NCBI GenBank assembly: GCA_965656375.1
Contig: CBFHKH010000001.1
Location: 79,432-130,690, forward strand
Origin: Minisyncoccia bacterium
GTDB lineage: Bacteria > Patescibacteriota > Minisyncoccia > Phycocordibacterales > UBA9973
DNA length: 51,259 nt
Direction: 5' to 3'
A program made the position numbers and the translations under genes. Under the pieces are notes generated by a model. The model did not search any database. It was given only the letters and a program-made list of their open reading frames with translations, and was not told the DNA's origin. Shown here piece by piece: positions 10,117 through 18,847 of this stretch. Each line of letters opens with the position of its first letter. Within the stretch, counting starts at the first letter, position 1.

Positions 10117-11787
10117 ATGAATCCAGAGTCCAAATCCTGTCAAAAATGCCGCTCAAATTTTAGCATTACATCGGACGATATTTCATACTATGAGAAAATT
10201 GGAGTAAATCACCCAAATTTATGTCCCGAGTGTCGTGCACAACTCCGATTAAGTTTTAGAAACGAACGAGCTTTTTACAAGCGCGTATGTGATAAATGTA
10301 AAAAAGATGTTGTTTCTATGTATTCACCAAGCAAGCCGTATATAGTATGGTGTACAGATTGTTGGAATGCTGATGACTGGGGAGGAGAAGATCATGGTCG
10401 TGACTATGATTTGAACCAACCATTCATGGAGCAATTTGAAGAATTATGGCGCATTGTCCCAAAGATTGGACTCATGCATGTACGAAGTATCAATTCAGAA
10501 TATCTAAATATATGCGCAGATAATAAAAATTGTTACATGATCGTAGAGAGTTCGAATAACGAGGATTGCATGTATTCCTATTGGATACAACTTTCCAAAG
10601 ATCTCGTTGATTGCTCTTTTACGAACAAAGTGGAAAATTCATACGAGAGCGATGATTGCCATGATTCGTATGGTCTTAGATATTCCAAAGGATGTCATTC
10701 GTGTACAGATAGCTATTTCTTGCTTGATTGTCGAGGATGTACTGATTGTATTGGTTGTGTAAATCTGAGAAACAAGAGTCACTATATTTTTAATCAATCA
10801 TACACAAAAGAAGAATACGAACGTATAAAAAAAGAGCTCATGCTCAATACATATAGAGGAGTAGAGTCGGTACGGGAGAAATTTAAGGAGTTTGTAAAAG
10901 ATATTCCTCATAAATATGCTGAAGCAGTTCAAGCTGTTAATTCTACAGGATCATATCTCGTAAATGTTAAGAATGTAAAAAATTGCTTCCACACTTATGA
11001 GGCGGAAGATTGTGCGTACTGTGTGCACGCATGGCGTACATCAAACGACAATATGGATTGCGATACAGTCGGGCGCGTGTCTACGAACAATTATGAATGC
11101 ATTAACACAGGACAAGAAGCCTCAAATAATAAAACAGGAGCATTGTATTGGGGAACGTCGTACGCTGAATATTCATACCACTGTCTCGGCTCACAGAATC
11201 TTTTTGGTTGCATTGGTATGAGGCAGAAGAAATACTGCATATTGAATAAGCAATACGAGAAAGACGAATATGAAATTTTAAAAGGAAAGATCATAACGCA
11301 AATGAAAGAAGAAGGAACGTACGGGAATTTCTTCCCAGCATCTCTTTCGTGCTTCGGATACAATGAATCTTGCGTTATGGAGCAGTTTCCGCTTTCAAAA
11401 GAGGAAGCGCTCGCTCAAGGATTCAAATGGGAAGATACCCCTCGAGGAACATATGAAAAAGAGACAATATCACTTGAAGCTATGCCGGATGCAATCGGTG
11501 ATGTCGATTTTGACGTAACAAAAGAAATCTTTGTTTGTAGTAGCTGCACAAAGAATTACAAAATTATCCAGAATGAATTCCTTTTCTATAAAAAGCTTGG
11601 TATTCCGCTTCCACGACTCTGCCCTGATTGTAGGCACCAAAGGCGATTTACTGCTCGTGGTCCCAACAAGCTATGGCATAGGAAATGCATGAATGGTGAT
11701 TGTGGGAATGAATTTGAGACAAACTATGCCCCTGATCGATCAGAGATTATATATTGTGAAAGTTGCTACCAACAAGTGGTACTTTAG
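10117..11787 (+). CDS. Cys-rich zinc-ribbon/repeat protein, paralog 5 (start moved to ATG 10117)
   Basis: MNPESKSCQKC parallels MNPETKQCQNC of paralog 2. TATAAT at 10105-10110 sits 6 nt upstream. Confidence 0.85.
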   Translation: MNPESKSCQKCRSNFSITSDDISYYEKIGVNHPNLCPECRAQLRLSFRNERAFYKRVCDKCKKDVVSMYSPSKPYIVWCTDCWNADDWGGEDHGRDYDLNQPFMEQFEELWRIVPKIGLMHVRSINSEYLNICADNKNCYMIVESSNNEDCMYSYWIQLSKDLVDCSFTNKVENSYESDDCHDSYGLRYSKGCHSCTDSYFLLDCRGCTDCIGCVNLRNKSHYIFNQSYTKEEYERIKKELMLNTYRGVESVREKFKEFVKDIPHKYAEAVQAVNSTGSYLVNVKNVKNCFHTYEAEDCAYCVHAWRTSNDNMDCDTVGRVSTNNYECINTGQEASNNKTGALYWGTSYAEYSYHCLGSQNLFGCIGMRQKKYCILNKQYEKDEYEILKGKIITQMKEEGTYGNFFPASLSCFGYNESCVMEQFPLSKEEALAQGFKWEDTPRGTYEKETISLEAMPDAIGDVDFDVTKEIFVCSSCTKNYKIIQNEFLFYKKLGIPLPRLCPDCRHQRRFTARGPNKLWHRKCMNGDCGNEFETNYAPDRSEIIYCESCYQQVVL

Positions 11788-11806
11788 GGTATAATACAGG
11801 TAATCT

Positions 11807-14107
11807 ATGAACAACGAGATTCCCCACAATAGAGACGTGACGTACTTCGGGCGGACTAATTTTCGCAGTACTAACAATGCGTTTGGTATCAAGCGTAGAG
11901 ATCGACGCCAGCATATGTACGTGCTCGGAAAATCAGGTACTGGTAAGTCTGTACTTCTCTCAAATCTCATTGTTCAAAATATAAACAACGGCGAAGGTGT
12001 CTGTGTGGTTGACCCGCACGGCGAGCTTGTCGAAGAAATCCTCCACCTCATTCCTGATCACAGAGCTAAAGATGTGATTTATTTCAATCCGGCTGATATT
12101 GACTACAATGTCGGATTTAATGTTATTGCGCTTGATGATCCAAAGTACAAGCACTTGGTGGCATCTGGTCTCATGGGAATATTCACCAAGATTTGGGCAA
12201 ATGCATGGAGTTCTCGTATGGAGTACATCCTAAACAATGCGATCCTCGCGCTTCTCGATACTCCGGGGACGACGCTCCTCGGTATTCCGCGTCTACTCGT
12301 CGACAAGGATTATCGTCAGATGATCATCGGTAACTTGAAGGACCCAGTGGTCAAAGCATTTTGGGTGCACGAATATGAACAATGGCGTGAACAATTCCGT
12401 AACGAAGCGATTGCTCCGATCCAAAACAAAGTCGGTCAATTCCTCTCGACTGCTATCATTCGTAACGTTGTCGGTCAATCAAAATCAACCATCGATATTT
12501 TCAAGATCATGAACGAAGGTAAGATCTTCCTCGTGAACGTTTCAAAGGGGCGCGTGGGTGAAGACAACTCTGCGTTGCTTGGAGGTATGATCATTACCAA
12601 GATCCAGCTTGCAGCCATGGAGCGTGTTCGTATTCCTGAAGATGAGCGTAAGGATTTTTATCTCTACGTCGACGAATTCCAAAACTTCGCGACTGATTCA
12701 TTTGCAAACATTCTCTCTGAAGCTCGTAAATATCGTTTGAACCTCATCATTGCCCACCAATACACGGCTCAGCTTTCAAATGAAAATGGTACTGCTGTTC
12801 GTGATGCGGTATTCGGTAACGTTGGTACGATGGTTATATTCCGCGTGGGTGCTGATGATGCAGAATTTATCGAAAAGGAATTCGAACCCGAATTCACTGC
12901 GCAGGATTTGGTGAATTTGCCGAACTACCACATCTATCTAAAGCTTATGATCGACGGAGTCACCAGCCGTCCATTCTCTGCAAGTACACTTCCTCCGATG
13001 AAGGTAGATCCATCAGCGGGAGTAAAGGAAAAGATTATCGAACTATCACGCTCGATCTATGCGCGTCCACGCGAAGAAGTTGAAGCAGAAATCTCAAGGT
13101 GGAGCGGTACACTTCAGACAGTTGAAGGCGAGGCGAAATATAAAGCTGATTGTTCGAATTGCGGTAAATCAACTATGGTCCCATTCGAACCAAAAGAGGG
13201 CAGACCGATATATTGTAAGGACTGCATGTTCAAGATAAAGTCAGGCGAGCTCAAGCCACAGACTGGATTCGTAGCATCAAGATCTGCTCGCCAAGAGGAG
13301 AAGAATTCAACTGCACCTCTTTCTGCCCTCGGAATTGAGTTCCCAAGCGCAGCGACTGATACTCCTCCGCAAACTCCGAGAGCGTTCGAATCACGACCGC
13401 AACAGCGATCTTTTCCACCGAGAAATCCAGGAGTACAATCTCAAGCTCCAAATGGAAATCAACCACCACGTGCGCCAGGACAGTCGCAGAATACGAGTGG
13501 GTACAAACCGATAGAACGCAGACATTCTGGACCATCGCCACTCTTGAAGGGGTTGCTTGAAAAAATTGGGATAGATGATAAAAAATCAGAGAAGAACGCA
13601 GATGTTGTAGAAGTTGTAAAAACCCCTACACCTCCTCCAGTTTCACTCTCTACGCTCAAGAAGCCTGATACGACTACTATTCACAATCTCCCCCCTACAC
13701 CGACGCCGACAAAGGAAGCATCAGAAGAGAAGAAAGCATCACTCAAAGATCTACTTGCGAAAGTAACTCCACAACAGCTAAAAGTAGAGGAAAAGAAAGA
13801 AGTACCTGTTATTCCTACACCGACACTGCACAAGGAAGAGTCAAAACCACAGATAGTAAAAGAACCTGAAACTGCGAAAGTTCCTGTAGCTCCTATCCCT
13901 GTGACACCTGTTGTCCCTCATGTAATGAAACCAGTGGTAGAGGAACCAAAAGTTGAGCAAAAGGCAGAGGTAAAACCCGAAATAAAGGTAGAACCAAAAC
14001 CTGAGCCAAAAAAGGAAGAACCCGTACACGCACAGACTGATCAATGGCAGAAAAAGAAACCACAGAAAGAAGTACCTGAAGATGTCTTAAGAAAAGTCCT
14101 CGAATAG
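11807..14107 (+). CDS. VirD4/TraG-like P-loop ATPase with a CxxC-x17-CxxC zinc ribbon and a low-complexity P/K/E tail
   Basis: GKSGTGKS, DPHGE, LYVDEFQNF, EARKY, then CSNC-x17-CKDC and a Pro/Lys/Glu-rich C-terminus. Confidence 0.85.
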   Translation: MNNEIPHNRDVTYFGRTNFRSTNNAFGIKRRDRRQHMYVLGKSGTGKSVLLSNLIVQNINNGEGVCVVDPHGELVEEILHLIPDHRAKDVIYFNPADIDYNVGFNVIALDDPKYKHLVASGLMGIFTKIWANAWSSRMEYILNNAILALLDTPGTTLLGIPRLLVDKDYRQMIIGNLKDPVVKAFWVHEYEQWREQFRNEAIAPIQNKVGQFLSTAIIRNVVGQSKSTIDIFKIMNEGKIFLVNVSKGRVGEDNSALLGGMIITKIQLAAMERVRIPEDERKDFYLYVDEFQNFATDSFANILSEARKYRLNLIIAHQYTAQLSNENGTAVRDAVFGNVGTMVIFRVGADDAEFIEKEFEPEFTAQDLVNLPNYHIYLKLMIDGVTSRPFSASTLPPMKVDPSAGVKEKIIELSRSIYARPREEVEAEISRWSGTLQTVEGEAKYKADCSNCGKSTMVPFEPKEGRPIYCKDCMFKIKSGELKPQTGFVASRSARQEEKNSTAPLSALGIEFPSAATDTPPQTPRAFESRPQQRSFPPRNPGVQSQAPNGNQPPRAPGQSQNTSGYKPIERRHSGPSPLLKGLLEKIGIDDKKSEKNADVVEVVKTPTPPPVSLSTLKKPDTTTIHNLPPTPTPTKEASEEKKASLKDLLAKVTPQQLKVEEKKEVPVIPTPTLHKEESKPQIVKEPETAKVPVAPIPVTPVVPHVMKPVVEEPKVEQKAEVKPEIKVEPKPEPKKEEPVHAQTDQWQKKKPQKEVPEDVLRKVLE

Positions 14108-14146
14108 TTTATGAAGAATTTATCTTCGTTATCCTAAGATAAATTC

Positions 14147-15562
14147 ATGATGATAAAAAGAATACTATATTTTTGTGCCACTTTTATTATGGTGTTTACC
14201 GGGTGGACGCATTTTGCGATGGCGGGGTTTGAAATTACAGAGATCATGTATGATCTCGAAGGGACTGATACAAACCGTGAGTGGATAGAGGTAAAAAATA
14301 CAGGTACGGATGCAGCTGATCTTTCGAAGTGGTTTTTCTTTTCAGACAATACAAAGCACACACTTGCTGCGCAAGGTTCCGCTTCTGTGCCACCAGGTGG
14401 ATATGCAATCATAGCCCAAAGTGCTTCACATTTCAGAACTGATTGGCCAAATTTTGCTGGGCTACTCTTTGATAGCAGTTGGACTGGCTTTAGTAACGAA
14501 GAAGGAGAAACAATTGGACTCAAAGATACAAATCTAGCCTTAGTGAGTTCAGTGACATTTACAAACACCCTTGGAGCTTCTGGTGATGGGAATTCTTTAC
14601 AAAAATTGAATAGCTCTTGGGTGGCAGGAATGCCTACGCCAGGTGCAGATAATCAAGGTGGAAGCGAAGTTGGCGATGAAAATAATGAAACTGCAACTTC
14701 TGGTGGAACTACTACAAAGAAAAAGAAAGAAATTGAAATTCCAAAGATTATAACGGACATTATTATTAAAAACCAAACTGTCTTTGCAAAAATTCCGCTC
14801 GAAATCGACTCAGTCACACGAGGTTACGAAGGGGAGACTCTTCGCATGGGGCGTTTTGCCTGGAACTTTGGTGATGGAACGATAAAAACAGAGGCAGAAC
14901 ATAATCTATTTGAGCATGTGTATGAATATCCTGGTGAGTATGTCGTTACGTTGTCGTATTACCGAGCATGGACCGGCAACATAATTGAAGCGACTGATCG
15001 GATCACCGTTAAAGTTATTCCACTCGGGATTGCTATCTCTGCTATTGGTACTGATATTGATCCATATGTCGAGATTGAGAATACCTCTACATTTGAAGTT
15101 GATTTTTCTCGATGGATACTTCAAGGAATTGCGAATTCATTTACTGTACCTGAAGGTACCATTATTTTGCCAAATCAAAAACTGAGATTCTCTGGCAAGG
15201 CAACTGGTCTCTCCATTCTAGATGTAAAATCTATTCTTTTAGAAAATACTGACAAACAAGTTGTTGCCTCATATCGTTCTACGTATAACCCGACTTCTAG
15301 CGGTAGCTCTCTCTTTAAGGGAGGACCTACATCTTTAAATGTAAAAAAAGCAGAGGCAGCTTCGACTATTGACCTTAATGTTCTAGGGGCAAGTGCATCT
15401 GGTAGTCAGAGAGAAGATATTAATGGACCACTTCTTGCATGGGGAGGAGTTACGGGTGTGATAATTTTGGGTCTTGTAAGTGTAGTTTTAATGCGTCGCA
15501 AGAATGCAAACGATAAGGCGGAGAAAGGAATACACGAAAGCGACATAACGATAGTTGAATAA
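14147..15562 (+). CDS. Surface protein: signal peptide, lamin-tail domain, PKD domain, C-terminal TM anchor
   Basis: FEITEIMYD...EWIEVKN (LTD-like), WNFGDG...HVYEYPGEYVVTL (PKD), and a hydrophobic C-terminal helix followed by RRK. Confidence 0.75.
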   Translation: MMIKRILYFCATFIMVFTGWTHFAMAGFEITEIMYDLEGTDTNREWIEVKNTGTDAADLSKWFFFSDNTKHTLAAQGSASVPPGGYAIIAQSASHFRTDWPNFAGLLFDSSWTGFSNEEGETIGLKDTNLALVSSVTFTNTLGASGDGNSLQKLNSSWVAGMPTPGADNQGGSEVGDENNETATSGGTTTKKKKEIEIPKIITDIIIKNQTVFAKIPLEIDSVTRGYEGETLRMGRFAWNFGDGTIKTEAEHNLFEHVYEYPGEYVVTLSYYRAWTGNIIEATDRITVKVIPLGIAISAIGTDIDPYVEIENTSTFEVDFSRWILQGIANSFTVPEGTIILPNQKLRFSGKATGLSILDVKSILLENTDKQVVASYRSTYNPTSSGSSLFKGGPTSLNVKKAEAASTIDLNVLGASASGSQREDINGPLLAWGGVTGVIILGLVSVVLMRRKNANDKAEKGIHESDITIVE

Positions 15563-15606
15563 TTGATAGATAGGCGGGCCGAAGTATTTTTTGGTATACT
15601 TGGTGA

Positions 15607-16392
15607 ATGCATAAAAACACTCCAAAAAGAAAGCCAGAAGATACTTCATGGAACAAGGTAGCGTCGTGGTATGACGAGCTTCTGACTACTGACGCTGATA
15701 GTTATCAGTCGAAAGTTATTACTCCAAATCTACTGCGTATTCTCGATATACAAAAAGGCGAAGAAATATATGATCTTGCATGTGGGCAAGGGTATTTTGC
15801 GAATTTGTTTGCGAAAAGCGGTGCGCATGTCGTGGCATCTGATCTTTCAAAGAGACTTGTAGAGACTGCGACTAAGAATTCTCCAAAAAGTATTCGATTC
15901 CATGTAACGCACGCACACAAAGCTCCATTCCTCAAAAATAGTTCGATTGATACTGTTGTCATCGTGCTTGCTATCCAAAATATTGAAAATGTATCTGAGG
16001 TATTAGCAGAATGCGCTCGTGTTTTAAAAAAGAATGGTCGCATTGTTCTTGTGCTTAACCATCCTTCTTTCCGCGTACCACAGGGAAGCGACTGGTATTT
16101 TGCAAATGACACTCAGTACCGCATTGTCGGAAAGTATTTATCTGAATCAAAAGTTTCGATTGATATGACTCCTGGAGAGAAGAATCCAAAGAAAAAGATA
16201 AAGACAATCTCATTCCACCGATCACTCCAGTATTATATGAAGCTGTTCTCAAAGAATGGTTTTGCTATCACACGTCTCGAAGAGTGGATATCACACAAGA
16301 AAAGCCAAAATGGTCCTCGCCAAAAAGCTGAAGATATTGCTCGCAAAGAGATTCCGCTATTTATGTGTATTGAGATCAAGAAACTTTCCTAA
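15607..16392 (+). CDS. Class I SAM-dependent methyltransferase
   Basis: Motif I YDLACGQG, plus VASDLS and IVLVLNHP. Confidence 0.85.
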   Translation: MHKNTPKRKPEDTSWNKVASWYDELLTTDADSYQSKVITPNLLRILDIQKGEEIYDLACGQGYFANLFAKSGAHVVASDLSKRLVETATKNSPKSIRFHVTHAHKAPFLKNSSIDTVVIVLAIQNIENVSEVLAECARVLKKNGRIVLVLNHPSFRVPQGSDWYFANDTQYRIVGKYLSESKVSIDMTPGEKNPKKKIKTISFHRSLQYYMKLFSKNGFAITRLEEWISHKKSQNGPRQKAEDIARKEIPLFMCIEIKKLS

Positions 16393-16437
16393 AATAGTTC
16401 TTCTTGAAAGATTCACTAGCATGCAAGAAAATTACAT

Positions 16438-16538
16438 AAAATAGCTTCTTTTGCAGGACACGCGTAAAATCCTGCTGGATTTTCTGCTCCGCTCGGCTCC
16501 AGTCGAGCCTGCGCGAGTTCCTGCGCAAGAACTATTTT
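16438..16538. repeat. GC-rich nested inverted-repeat element (REP/MITE/ncRNA-like)
   Basis: Outer imperfect IR AAAATAGCTTCTTTTGCAGGA / TCCTGCGCAAGAACTATTTT enclosing the hairpins AAAATCC-TGCT-GGATTTT and GCTCGGCT-CC-AGTCGAGC. Confidence 0.6.
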
Positions 16539-16717
16539 TACTCATTTTCTTTATTTGCTCTCTCAAGTGAAATTAAAATAATCCTTGAAAAAAGTCTTTC
16601 GCAGGAGCTTAGGAAATAAAGTATGTACTCAGACTATTATTTCCTTGAGCGACGAGAAGAGCAAATTCCAAGCACGGAATTATGTGTGCTTTTTGAAAGG
16701 AGTTATTTTAATGCAAC

Positions 16718-17296
16718 TTACTGAATCTTTTCTAGCGCTTTTGGGATTTTATTAAAATCTTTTATGAGGGTTTCGCGCATGCCGCCGTTGTAGAGCGCTG
16801 CAGCTGGATGGTAGAGAGGAAGGAACGCTTGTTTCTTATCGAGTTCTGGAATATTTTTGATCAAGAGTTTACCATGGATATCTCCGATTTTTTCCGTAGG
16901 GAAGAATCGCCCCATGGAGTGTCGTCCGAGGAAGACGATGAGCTTCGGCTGTATTATTTTGAGTTCACTTATAAGCCATTCATTACATGCTGCTTTTTCT
17001 TCGGGTAACGGATCCCGATTGTTTGGCGGACGATATTTAACGATGTTAGTTATATAGATATCTTCGCGTTTCATTTTTATATTCTCAAGCATCTCTGCTA
17101 AGAATTTTCCACCCGCACCTATAAATGGTTTACCTTGCAGGTCTTCATTTTTCCCAGGTGCCTCACCAATAAAAACAATATCAGTATTTGCATTTCCATC
17201 ACCAAAGACGGCCTGTGTTGCAGTTTTTTTCAATTCACACATACAGTGTTCCTGCCAGTACGCATTCAATTCATCAAGCTGTTGTCGCTTTGTCAT
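16718..17296 (-). CDS. Uracil-DNA glycosylase, family 4-like
   Basis: FIGEAPG, GKPFIG, TNIVKYRPP.NRDP and YHPAA motifs. Confidence 0.9.
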   Translation of the reverse strand: MTKRQQLDELNAYWQEHCMCELKKTATQAVFGDGNANTDIVFIGEAPGKNEDLQGKPFIGAGGKFLAEMLENIKMKREDIYITNIVKYRPPNNRDPLPEEKAACNEWLISELKIIQPKLIVFLGRHSMGRFFPTEKIGDIHGKLLIKNIPELDKKQAFLPLYHPAAALYNGGMRETLIKDFNKIPKALEKIQ

Positions 17297-18807
17297 TATT
17301 TCAATATTGTAATCTCTGCACCGATAGAGTTCAAGCGCATTGCTACATCTTCGTAGCCACGGCTGATCATGTATACGTTACGCAATATTGATGTGCCTTC
17401 AGCGGCAAGCATAGAGATAAGGATCACCATAGAAGGACGAAGTGCCGGTGGGCAGACGACTTGGGCAGCTTTGAGCGGTGTTCCGCCAGTTACATAGATG
17501 CGGTGCGGATCAGCAAGAGTGACACTTGCTCCTAATCTATTGAGTTCAGTTGCGTATATTGCACGGTTCTCGTAGAACCAATCGTGGATGAGGGTCGTAC
17601 CAGTAGCGCGTACTGCGATAGGGACGAAGAAGGGAAGATTGTCTATATTTATACCTGGATAGGTATTTGCATGGATCTTGTCGTGAAGGGCTTTGAATGT
17701 ACTTGGCAATATTTCTATATCGACGAGTTTTGTCTTTTCGTTTTTGGATACGTACTTGTTAAGTATTTTATATTTAAGGCCCATTTTCTTGAGCTTGTAG
17801 AGTTCGAGTGTGAGGAAGTCTATCGGGCAGCGATTGATAGTGAGCGTGGAGTCAGTCGCGATCGCAGCTGATATAAACATCATCGATTCGATCGGATCTT
17901 CACTATTGTGATACTCGACATCCATATTGATATCTTTCACACCTTCGACGACAAGTGTACCAGTTCCAATGCCATCAATCTTCACACCAAGCTTTTGGAG
18001 GAAGAAGCAGATTTCCTGAACCATGTAGTTACCACTTGCACATTCGATCGTAGTTGCCCCTTCGATCTTTGCTGCAGCCATGAGTATATTTTCGCATGCA
18101 GTATCACCAGCTTCATACATGACGATGTCAGCAGATTTGAGTGTATTTACAGTTATATCATAGGTAGTATTTGTAGTTTTTACTTTAACTCCGATCTCAT
18201 CGAGCGCATATCGATGTGCAGAAATAGTGCGCTTACCTAGGTTGCATCCTTGTGCGTGGGGAATTGAGAATGAAGGCAACAAGTGCACGAGTGGGCCCAT
18301 GAGCATGATGATAGATCGCGTTCTGATCGCTGATTGAACGTTCAAGTTTTCTAGCTTGAGCTTCTTTGGTGGAACTACTTCTACACAATTCTGACTTGTC
18401 CATGTGATTTTGACACCAATGCTCTCGAGGATCTCTATGACTCGATATACTTCCTCGATTCGCGCGATGCCATGAAGTGTTGTTTTTCCTTTGTTGAGGA
18501 GTGTTGCGCAGAGAAGCCCCACAGATCCATTCTTTGAATAGCTTGTCGTTATAGATCCATGTAGCTTTTTACCTCCGACGATTTGAAAATCAATAGAGTC
18601 ATTGATAGCTACTATTTGGTGATCAAGAACGGTGCTGATTTTTGAGAGGAGTTCAGTCGTAAAATTTTGTTCACCCTTTTCCATGCGGGCGACAGCGCTC
18701 TGAGAAGTACCAAGCTCTTTGGCAAAGGCTCCTTGGGTAAGCTTCCTACGCTCACGAAGTTCCTTGATAAAAAAGCCTATTTTCTGCTGATCTGATTGTT
18801 TTTTCAT
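17296..18807 (-). CDS. murA: UDP-N-acetylglucosamine 1-carboxyvinyltransferase with an N-terminal XRE helix-turn-helix
   Basis: N-terminal LRERRKLTQGAFAKELGTSQSAVARME (XRE HTH), then an EPT fold with SKN, GCNLGKR (catalytic Cys loop) and DPH. Confidence 0.9.
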   Translation of the reverse strand: MKKQSDQQKIGFFIKELRERRKLTQGAFAKELGTSQSAVARMEKGEQNFTTELLSKISTVLDHQIVAINDSIDFQIVGGKKLHGSITTSYSKNGSVGLLCATLLNKGKTTLHGIARIEEVYRVIEILESIGVKITWTSQNCVEVVPPKKLKLENLNVQSAIRTRSIIMLMGPLVHLLPSFSIPHAQGCNLGKRTISAHRYALDEIGVKVKTTNTTYDITVNTLKSADIVMYEAGDTACENILMAAAKIEGATTIECASGNYMVQEICFFLQKLGVKIDGIGTGTLVVEGVKDINMDVEYHNSEDPIESMMFISAAIATDSTLTINRCPIDFLTLELYKLKKMGLKYKILNKYVSKNEKTKLVDIEILPSTFKALHDKIHANTYPGINIDNLPFFVPIAVRATGTTLIHDWFYENRAIYATELNRLGASVTLADPHRIYVTGGTPLKAAQVVCPPALRPSMVILISMLAAEGTSILRNVYMISRGYEDVAMRLNSIGAEITILK

Positions 18808-18817
18808 AGATTTGAAG

Positions 18818-18841
18818 ATTATATATCATATGTGATATAAT
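18818..18841. promoter_or_regulatory. Back-to-back -10 elements for murA and murB overlapping the palindrome TATATCA-N4-TGATATA
   Basis: TATAAT on the minus strand at 18818-18823, TGaTATAAT on the plus strand at 18833-18841, palindrome at 18822-18839. Confidence 0.65.
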
Positions 18842-18847
18842 GGCAAT

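Noticed and set aside
1887-11787. Recurring ~25-nt words such as CAATATTCAAAAGAAGAATATGA as a CRISPR array or DGR template/variable repeats
   Set aside because: They are in-frame coding motifs (QYSKEEY), degenerate at synonymous positions, and hundreds of bases apart. No cas or reverse transcriptase gene, and no adenine-specific mismatch pattern was seen.
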